A stretch of DNA of 32,000 nucleotides from Planctopirus limnophila DSM 3776 (GTDB lineage Bacteria; Planctomycetota; Planctomycetia; Planctomycetales; Planctomycetaceae): assembly GCF_000092105.1 (NCBI RefSeq), contig NC_014148.1, positions 900,001 through 932,000 of the forward strand, given 5' to 3'. The notes under the pieces were generated by a model, which saw nothing but the letters and a program-made list of their open reading frames with translations, was not told the origin of the DNA and searched no databases. Position numbers and translations under genes: made by a program. Shown here piece by piece: positions 24,719-32,000 of this stretch (position 1 is the first letter of the stretch; every line of letters starts with the position of its first letter).

Positions 24719-26449
24719 TTAGCGACCTTCATTCGTAAATGGCGGCTTATCAAACTTGTCTTTCGTCCCCGTCAGACGTGGATCACCGGTCGAAATCAAT
24801 TCCTGCTCCATGCGTTCTCGCAACTCTCGAATGGTCGCCTTCACTTGAGGATCCTCTGCACTGGCACCGATGGCCAGATTTACCATCTGATGCGGATCGT
24901 TTTTCAAGTCGTAAAGTTCGACTTCTGGCCGCTGGTTAAACGAAAGAGTATAAGCCAGACCTGCCGAAGAGGGATTCATCACGATCCACGCTTTCGTAAT
25001 CCCCGCATCCATATCCGCAAACGTCGCGCGTGTGTTTTCGGCCAGAACATTGAAATCCCATCCTGCTGGTGGAGTCGGTGCGCCATCGCCCATGGGTGAA
25101 CGCTCGGGATGATAGTTTACTACCAGTAGATGCTCCGGCGTGCGTATTGCTCTTTGCGGATAAGGCAATCGTCCCGCACGGGCATTCTGCACATGCCGCT
25201 CACGACCAATCAGCACATGCGACCGCCGAGGATCAACATGCCCGGCAGCATCCGACTGCAGAATGGGGAGCAGACTTTTGGCAGTCATCACTTCAGGGAC
25301 AGGGACACCCGCCATCTGCAAAATCGTAGGTGCCAGATCCGGGAGTGAAACCAGATCGTGAACAACTCTCGGTTCAGCAGTTGCATCTGGCTTTGCCAAG
25401 GCCAACCTTTTGATACCAGGGCCGCACATCGCCAGAGGAACCCGCGTACCAAAATCGTAGAGGTTGCACTTTCCATAGGGAAAGCCGGGGGGGCCGTGAT
25501 CGCCGCTGATAATGAAGACGGTATTTTCCCACAGCCCCTTATCCTTGAGTTGCTGAATCAAGACTGCCACCTGGGCATCGAAGGCCTCGATCTCACCCAG
25601 ATAGTCGGCTACATCCTCACGAACTTCGGGAACATCCGGGAAAAATGGAGGGAGTTGCCCCTTGAGAGAATCAGGGTTGATCCCCCACAGAGCTTGGCCC
25701 GAGCCACGCACCCAGAGCCTGTGGACATTGGTCGGGCCATACCAGTAACAGAAGGGCCGACCTTCCGGCCGGGCTTTGAGAAAATCGTCGAAGTTCCCCG
25801 AAGTTTCCGCCAGCAACTCCTCGCGGGCCGCTTCGATGGTAGAACCCTCACTCACCAGTTTGGTGGCTGTTTCAGAGAAATTGTTGATTCTCCGCCCACG
25901 CTGTTCATAAGCGAAGCGGCGTCCTCCATATGGAGCATCGGCCGGAGTCCCCGGACTCCAGACTTTGTACGATTTTCCAATATGATAGCCCGCTTCGTTC
26001 AACAGCAGCGGCCAGGCAGGGATGGCATCATCCCACTGAGCACCCACCAGAATGGCACCCATTCCCGTTCGCCAGAAATGCTGTCCAGAAAGCAACGAAC
26101 TCCGGCAAGGAGTACACGAAGGGGCATTCACAAAGGCATGCGTAAAGAGCACACCATTTCGAGCCACTTCGTCAAACGCTGGTGTTTTGACAAATTGATG
26201 CAGCGCAATGGGATCTTTCCCTTGACCAGTTTCCTGATAAATCGACGCAATCCGGCCCCAATCATCGGCGAAAGCAAAGACAAAATTGGGCCGGCTGGCA
26301 GCTTGTGGATCAGCCCCCAGAACTGGAGCAGCTGTCAAACAGGCGAAGCCAGCCAGCACCAGCCATAACCTTCCGAAAATTGATTCCGGTTTCTCGGGAC
26401 TGCCCTCTCGAATCTGGCAACCACGATGGGGAAAAATCTGATCCATCAT
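24719..26449 (-). CDS. Secreted Cys-type sulfatase (PF00884)
   Basis: A signal/anchor (LWLVLAGFACLTAAPVLGA) is followed by PNFVFAFADDWG and the formylglycine motif SCTPCRSSLLSGQ (C-x-P-x-R). ISGDHGPP is also present. The start at 26449 (MMDQ...) is chosen because it yields the signal peptide; the longest ORF reaches 26587. Confidence 0.9.
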   Translation of the reverse strand: MMDQIFPHRGCQIREGSPEKPESIFGRLWLVLAGFACLTAAPVLGADPQAASRPNFVFAFADDWGRIASIYQETGQGKDPIALHQFVKTPAFDEVARNGVLFTHAFVNAPSCTPCRSSLLSGQHFWRTGMGAILVGAQWDDAIPAWPLLLNEAGYHIGKSYKVWSPGTPADAPYGGRRFAYEQRGRRINNFSETATKLVSEGSTIEAAREELLAETSGNFDDFLKARPEGRPFCYWYGPTNVHRLWVRGSGQALWGINPDSLKGQLPPFFPDVPEVREDVADYLGEIEAFDAQVAVLIQQLKDKGLWENTVFIISGDHGPPGFPYGKCNLYDFGTRVPLAMCGPGIKRLALAKPDATAEPRVVHDLVSLPDLAPTILQMAGVPVPEVMTAKSLLPILQSDAAGHVDPRRSHVLIGRERHVQNARAGRLPYPQRAIRTPEHLLVVNYHPERSPMGDGAPTPPAGWDFNVLAENTRATFADMDAGITKAWIVMNPSSAGLAYTLSFNQRPEVELYDLKNDPHQMVNLAIGASAEDPQVKATIRELRERMEQELISTGDPRLTGTKDKFDKPPFTNEGR

Positions 26450-26696
26450 CTTGTTGTTCCATAACTCTCTGCGGCCAAAGCAGACATTCAGGGCTGTTCC
26501 AGAGTAGCCCGCCCCAATCGTCACTCGCCTTAGCTTGCTGGTGAAAAACTCAATAGCCAGTCTGCCGCCCCGAGTTCTTTGACGCAATCTTCGTCTCGAC
26601 GAATACGATCAGTCGGTGCTCTCAAACGGAGGCCACGGTCGATTTTTTCCAGCCACCTGTGCCGGCTCATCCCAATCACCGGACAGAAAAAAATTC

Positions 26697-26737
26697 TTGC
26701 GATCATGATGCTCAGCCGCTAATTTCGTGCGTATACG
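26697..26737 (+). promoter_or_regulatory. Candidate sigma-70 promoter with embedded palindromes (possible MarR operator)
   Basis: The promoter is TTGCGA (26697-26702)-N17-TAATTT (26720-26725). The perfect palindrome ATCATGAT (26702-26709) lies inside the spacer. CGTATACG (26730-26737) lies just before the ATG at 26739. Confidence 0.35.
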
Positions 26738-26738
26738 T

Positions 26739-28108
<1,370 letters not shown>

Positions 28109-28303
28109 TAAATCCCTTGGCTGAAAGTCGGCACCGTTATGTACCGTCTGCTGGACAACCTGTGTGTCGTCTGGGTGGCATTGCTGGCTCGCCCAGCGGT
28201 CGTTTCTGGTGAGCTTGCTGAGGGTCATCTATCGATGCCATTCGAGCTGAATCTCGGGCCAAATGGCATCTTTGGCAGTTGAAAACCTTCGGAAATCCGT
28301 GTC

Positions 28304-28328
28304 ATGCTTGCGGCTCTGAGCAAGCGTG
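28304..28328. repeat. Copy D of the dispersed 25-nt hairpin element
   Basis: ATGCTTGC-GGCTCTGA-GCAAGCGT-G has an 8-bp stem with one G-U pair. TGTTCTTTTCC follows. It lies in the spacer between convergent stops at 28108 and 28622. Confidence 0.65.
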
Positions 28329-28621
28329 TGTTCTTTTCCTTCGGCGAACAATACCAAGCGCAAATCCGGCATCCTCACTCCGAGCCGTAAGCATTGCACG
28401 AAGAGTCTTTCTCTCTGCGTAAGCAACTTATGTAGAGTTTTGCACGGACTTTCTTGTGACTTTCGTCACCCAGACGTTCAAAGCCACGTCTGGGCCACCC
28501 TGCAGGATTTGGGGTCACGATGATCCCTCACAAAAGACTGTGGAGCATGCCTGCATCGATCCGCGGGTATGCTCCACAAAGACTGGCTCACTCGACGACG
28601 ATCGTCTGCAACCCAGTTCAA

Positions 28622-29158
28622 TCAGGCCGGGTGACTGGTCGAGGGAGTTGTGACCTGTGCTGCAGGAGTTGGGGGTGGGCCGTGTTTTTTGGGGTGAGGT
28701 GTAAAGTAGGCCACAATCACAATGCAGATGGCCATCCCCACAATCCCGACATAGAGCATCGGATTCACTTCAACATTATTAATGGTCAATGTCGCCACAA
28801 TAGCACTGACGGAGACCGCCGTGCCGAAGACAATCGGCATCACAACCTGGGGCATTGCCATCCCCCCGGAGAACATGGCAATCGTCAACGACAGTGCACC
28901 AAACGCTCCGAGCGAACCGGCAATAAAGCCCCAGGTAGCCTGTCCGCCGTTGTAGGTGAACGTGGCCCCTGTGGCACGCATGGCGACAGCGCCGCCAATC
29001 ACACCCCAGACGAGATAAGCCAGCCCGATCATCAGGTAAGGTTTGAACGGGCTTTTATCTCCCGGAAGTGCTTCTCGTGCTAAACCGACAGCTGGGCCAT
29101 ATGTGCCCCAGAACAAACCCGTCATCACAGCGAAAATGATAGGCAACAGCAGCTTCAT
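28622..29158 (-). CDS. Integral membrane protein (about 5 TM), function unknown
   Basis: MKLLLPIIFAVMTGLFWGTYG is followed by four more hydrophobic segments (e.g. YLMIGLAYLVWGVIGGAVAM, WGFIAGSLGAFGALSLTIAMF, MLYVGIVGMAICIVIVAYF) and a Pro-rich tail. An alternative start is at 29167; the longest ORF reaches 29260. Confidence 0.7.
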   Translation of the reverse strand: MKLLLPIIFAVMTGLFWGTYGPAVGLAREALPGDKSPFKPYLMIGLAYLVWGVIGGAVAMRATGATFTYNGGQATWGFIAGSLGAFGALSLTIAMFSGGMAMPQVVMPIVFGTAVSVSAIVATLTINNVEVNPMLYVGIVGMAICIVIVAYFTPHPKKHGPPPTPAAQVTTPSTSHPA

Positions 29159-29362
29159 GAGGATCATTCCTGGCGACAGTTGAGAGAAACAGTTGAGAGA
29201 ATTCGAGAAGCTTCTCACAACCTGAAAAGCATCTCGCAACAGAGTCTGCACATGCATCATCGGTCAAGTTGCTCCATCAGGCAACCCTCCGCATGATAGT
29301 GAGCCCGAGTGGATTCGACATGCAAGTCGCCACAAAGAGGCTGCGAGAAAAGCTGTGTTCGA

Positions 29363-30355
29363 TCAGGCAGCCTTGCGACGCTCATTGAAGAAGGGGCTCT
29401 TTTCTGGAGAGCTTGCCCCGGCAGCCACGCGATTTTGCCGATCACTCGCTGCACTATGGAGTTGCTGATGGCCACGACAACAGGCCGCCATTTCGGTGAG
29501 TAAGCCTTTCTCGACGTAATTCTCCCAATCACTCAGGCTGTGAGAAATCGGGGGAATCTGCAGCACCAGATGAGCATGATTTCGCTGGGAGGCGATTTCC
29601 AATCCCTGTGTCTTCAAAGGAGACAACGAAGTGGAGGGCTGTTGTCGATGTGCAGATTTCCGCCAGCCGCCCGCTGAGAAAAGGTCCCGCAAGCGTGGCT
29701 GTTCCTGCAGAATCTGGACATCCCCGGGAAAGCAGGTGAGATGACGAAGGTAACACTCCAGACCATGGTTCTCGGCTGAAGTTCCCTCTGCCGAAACTCC
29801 CTGTGTTGTAACTCGCTGTGTTGTAACTCGCTGTGTTGAAACTCGCTGTGTTGAAATCCCTAGCTGGGGAATCACAAAAAATCCCCCTGGAGCCAGTAGT
29901 GACAGCCACCCGGCGGTCTGCAGTCGCAACCGGCGCGAGAGCAGATTCTCTTCATTGATCGCGCGGGGCAGAACAATCAGATCGAATTTCTGGTGTTCGT
30001 CGAAATCGTCACAAAACAAGTGGTCATTGATCGCCCCGGAGTGTGGTGTCAAAGCAGAGTGCGGTGGCGTAAAACCTGGATGAGCCAGAACTGCAGGTGC
30101 CGGTTCCGTTGAAACGATTGGTCGAGGAGTTTTCTGATTGACCATACGGGAATAAGTGACTTCCCAACCGAGTTCTTCCAGGGCTTTGGCCCCAGCCGAT
30201 TGATCGCCGGCATATGCGGGGTCGTTCGCAGAAACAAAGAGAGCCGACATTCCGAGGCGTATCCCGGTGCGACTCATGACATTCAGCACCCAGGCCTTGC
30301 ATGTCGGCGGCAATGCAGCAGGCAAACGATTTGCAAATGGCCAGAACCTGGGCAT
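29363..30355 (-). CDS. Hypothetical protein with a possible degenerate Rossmann/methyltransferase-like core and an internal [ST]TQRV pentapeptide tandem repeat
   Basis: This is a 330-aa ORF. FDLIVLPRA...LLAPGGFFVIP resembles class-I methyltransferase motifs, but the match is weak. The repeats STQRV-STQRV-TTQRV-TTQGV are encoded by the 15-bp repeat at 29796-29855. The start is uncertain (30355, 30277 or 30250). Confidence 0.5.
   Translation of the reverse strand: MPRFWPFANRLPAALPPTCKAWVLNVMSRTGIRLGMSALFVSANDPAYAGDQSAGAKALEELGWEVTYSRMVNQKTPRPIVSTEPAPAVLAHPGFTPPHSALTPHSGAINDHLFCDDFDEHQKFDLIVLPRAINEENLLSRRLRLQTAGWLSLLAPGGFFVIPQLGISTQRVSTQRVTTQRVTTQGVSAEGTSAENHGLECYLRHLTCFPGDVQILQEQPRLRDLFSAGGWRKSAHRQQPSTSLSPLKTQGLEIASQRNHAHLVLQIPPISHSLSDWENYVEKGLLTEMAACCRGHQQLHSAASDRQNRVAAGASSPEKSPFFNERRKAA
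29796..29855. repeat. 15-bp tandem repeat x4, in frame within a CDS
   Basis: The four units are ACTCCCTGTGTTGTA, ACTCGCTGTGTTGTA, ACTCGCTGTGTTGAA and ACTCGCTGTGTTGAA. Confidence 0.85.
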
Positions 30356-30646
30356 GTTGCCTCCAGCGGCCCCATCGTTTCAGCCGGGCCTTGCACGTCT
30401 GCCTCAATCGATCTCGACAGATTTTCTCACTGGTTGTTGTCGAACATCGCCAAAGGGTCAAGGGGAGATTTCCACCTGCTGGAAACTCGTCAGGATCTTT
30501 GAAATCCTCGTGCGTTGGTGAGCAGACTGATGTTGGCAAGGGGGCAGAGGTTGCGTCAGAATACGTTCGCATCCACACGGGGAAAAAGGCGGCAATACTC
30601 AAAGAGCTTCAACTGATCAGTACATCCAGAGGACAGGGCTTTCGGC

Positions 30647-31420
30647 ATGGACACCTCCCACACAGAAGTTTTTCCCCTCAAGTCGCTCTCCAGGAAGCAG
30701 CGTCGAGTTCTCGGCACGCTGATTGAGAAGGGAATTACGACGCCGGAACAGTATCCGCTGACTCTCAAGGCCACAGTCACTGGTTGCAATCAGAAGAATA
30801 ATCGAGAGCCGATTTCCAACTACGAGGAAGACGCTGTCTATCAGGTGCTTGATGAACTTCGCGAGATGGGGCTGGTGGCGTTTATTCAGACCGAGACGGG
30901 TCGCACCGAGCGTTATCGGCACTATTGCCGCCAGAAGCTTTCCATCAGCGAGCCACAACTGGCCATACTCACGGAACTCCTGTTACGCGGTCGTCAGCAA
31001 CTGGGAGAGTTGAGAACTCGCGCCAGCCGGATGTGTGCGATTGATTCTCAAGACGAGTTGAAGACACAACTGAAAGGTTTGTTAGATCGCCAGTGGATTC
31101 GTGCCAATGGCCCGCTCGACCGACGTGGCGTGGAGGTCGATCATAATCTTTACGCACCGGGTGAAAATCACGAACCGCTCGCACAACTCGCCGATGAACA
31201 GCCGACGACCTCGATCACTCACAAGTTTGAACCAGCCTCTCCGAGTGAAAGCGACCGCAATGGTACCCAGCAAGTGGTTGCTGCACATGCTCCGGGTTCG
31301 GTACTCAGTCGTCTCGAAGAGTCTCACGAAGAGATGAAAAGCCGCCTGAGTGCGCTGGAAGCACAGGTGTCGGCACTGAAGGACGCTCTTGACGATCTGC
31401 GGCGCCAATTGGGGGCCTGA
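30647..31420 (+). CDS. yceH: YceH/DUF480-family protein (UPF0502, PF04337)
   Basis: [39 protein letters not shown] closely parallels E. coli YceH ([39 protein letters not shown]). The second winged-helix is [19 protein letters not shown]. The C-terminal coiled coil is [22 protein letters not shown]. Confidence 0.92.
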   Translation: [257 protein letters not shown]

Positions 31421-31533
31421 GGCCAATTTTGGCGGCTTTTCGATAGCCTGCCGCGAACTTGCAGTTCCGTGAATTGCGAATCAAGTGATTTGGCAGGGCA
31501 AGAAAATTCAATTAGACTACTTCAGCCAGACTC

Positions 31534-31615
31534 GCGGGAGTGGCGGAATTGGCAGACGCGCCAGACTTAGGATCTGGTGCCGCAAGGCGTGTGGGTTCGA
31601 GTCCCTCCTCCCGCA
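31534..31615 (+). tRNA. tRNA-Leu (anticodon UAG), class II with a long variable arm
   Basis: The acceptor stem is GCGGGAG/CTCCCGC with discriminator A. The D arm GTGGCGGAATTGGCAGACGCG is nearly identical to E. coli tRNA-Leu. The anticodon stem-loop is CCAGA-CTTAGGA-TCTGG. The variable arm is GCC-GCAA-GGC and the T loop is TTCGAGT. The T stem has one U-U mismatch. CCA is not encoded. Confidence 0.9.
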
Positions 31616-31670
31616 ATGATTGGTCTTACCAGCCGGATTCAGTCTCGCCGCAATTTTCCTGCCCACTCTC

Positions 31671-31727
31671 AAAAATTGTTATTGACGGCAAAAATCGTTA
31701 TTGACGGCAAGAATCGTTACTAATGGT
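31671..31727 (+). repeat. 19-bp direct repeats x2 plus a degenerate third (AAAAAT[TC]GTTATTGACGGC)
   Basis: The units are 31671-31689 AAAAATTGTTATTGACGGC, 31690-31708 AAAAATCGTTATTGACGGC and 31709-31727 AAGAATCGTTACTAATGGT. Each full unit carries a TTGACG -35-like hexamer. The array lies between the tRNA-Leu gene and the next CDS. Confidence 0.7.
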
Positions 31728-31788
31728 GAATCTGCAGGAAGGCCTGCTTCCCGGTCTTTCCCAAACTTTCAGGGTGAAGCTCAAGACG

Positions 31789-32000
31789 ATGCAGAGACTC
31801 AATCACAGATCTTTTGGCTCGTGTGAGATTGGCTTCCCTTTAAGAGGCGTCTTCTGGAGTCTGCTGGCACTCTTTCTGGCTTCTCAGTTACTGCCCGGAC
31901 TAATGACTTCTGTGCTGGCTGATGGCCCTGTCGTTCAAGCGAAAACAGCACCTGCACCGGCTAAAGGTCAACCTTCGGTCGTCCTGATCACACTCGATGG
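31789..32000 (+). CDS. Secreted protein, N-terminal fragment (3'-truncated); possibly alkaline-phosphatase superfamily
   Basis: Frame 1 is open to the window end and is absent from the track because there is no stop. The product begins MQRLNHRSFGSCEIGFPLRGVFWSLLALFLASQLLPGLMTSVLADGP...KGQPSVVLITLDG. It has a signal-peptide-like hydrophobic core. The final VVLITLDG resembles the metal-binding start of phosphodiesterase/sulfatase-fold enzymes, but the fragment is too short to be sure. An alternative in-frame ATG is at 31723. Confidence 0.5.
   Translation, partial: MQRLNHRSFGSCEIGFPLRGVFWSLLALFLASQLLPGLMTSVLADGPVVQAKTAPAPAKGQPSVVLITLD

Noticed and set aside
25358-26368. A 336-aa + strand ORF inside the sulfatase gene.
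   Set aside because: The opposite-strand frame carries unmistakable sulfatase motifs (CTPCR, DDWG, GDHG). The antisense product has no recognisable features.
30024-30602. A 192-aa - strand ORF overlapping the 5' part of the 29363-30355 ORF and the yceH upstream region.
   Set aside because: It is in a different frame from the longer ORF, has Cys/Arg/Trp-rich composition and has no motif. It is probably spurious, though the true start of the 29363-30355 gene remains uncertain.
31534-32000. tRNA-Leu as the attachment site of an integrated element.
   Set aside because: There is no integrase, no duplicated tRNA 3' segment and no compositional break within the window. This can only be settled with downstream sequence.

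Overview
This window reads as a core-chromosome segment of a Planctomycetota genome. The assignment rests on a DUF1559 protein with a prepilin N-methyl leader, a secreted Cys-type sulfatase, a DUF11 surface protein, rpoN and an ECF sigma factor; this is an inference, not a search result. I support about 25 protein genes. They include a 5'-truncated HEAT-repeat protein, a DUF11 repeat protein, an HTH protein with SDSDV repeats, a LOG-family protein, a secreted Ntn (choloylglycine-type) hydrolase and hemW. The conserved block ffs(SRP RNA)-dnaX-ybaB-recR follows, then rpoN, a DUF1559 'pseudopilin' with a small lipoprotein, and a Cys/Pro-rich lipoprotein. After a gap come an ECF sigma factor, an NtrC-type enhancer-binding response regulator, aldose 1-epimerase, a long divergent RNase HII-like protein, a sulfatase, a MarR-esterase pair, a small membrane protein, a hypothetical protein with an in-frame 15-bp tandem repeat, yceH/DUF480, and a 3'-truncated secreted protein. 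The ORF track cannot show two RNA genes: a small SRP RNA (about 10011-10126) and tRNA-Leu(UAG) (31534-31615). I found no CRISPR array, IS element, integrase, phage gene or recognisable defence or toxin module, and no convincing multi-gene novel system. The signals most worth follow-up are six. (1) A dispersed 25-nt hairpin element ATGCTTGC-N8-GCAAGCRT occurs in at least three intergenic spacers, plus one diverged copy. (2) A tail-anchored HTH protein carries at least 7 SDSDV[RK]L motifs. (3) A sigma-54-type activator has GTIPGS in place of the GAFTGA loop. (4) A 364-aa RNase HII-fold protein has GRG changed to GLG and carries large insertions. (5) A hypothetical CDS contains an in-frame tandem repeat. 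(6) A 1.4-kb stretch (18316-19781) has no credible gene. All product calls come from motif recognition by eye; no searches were run.
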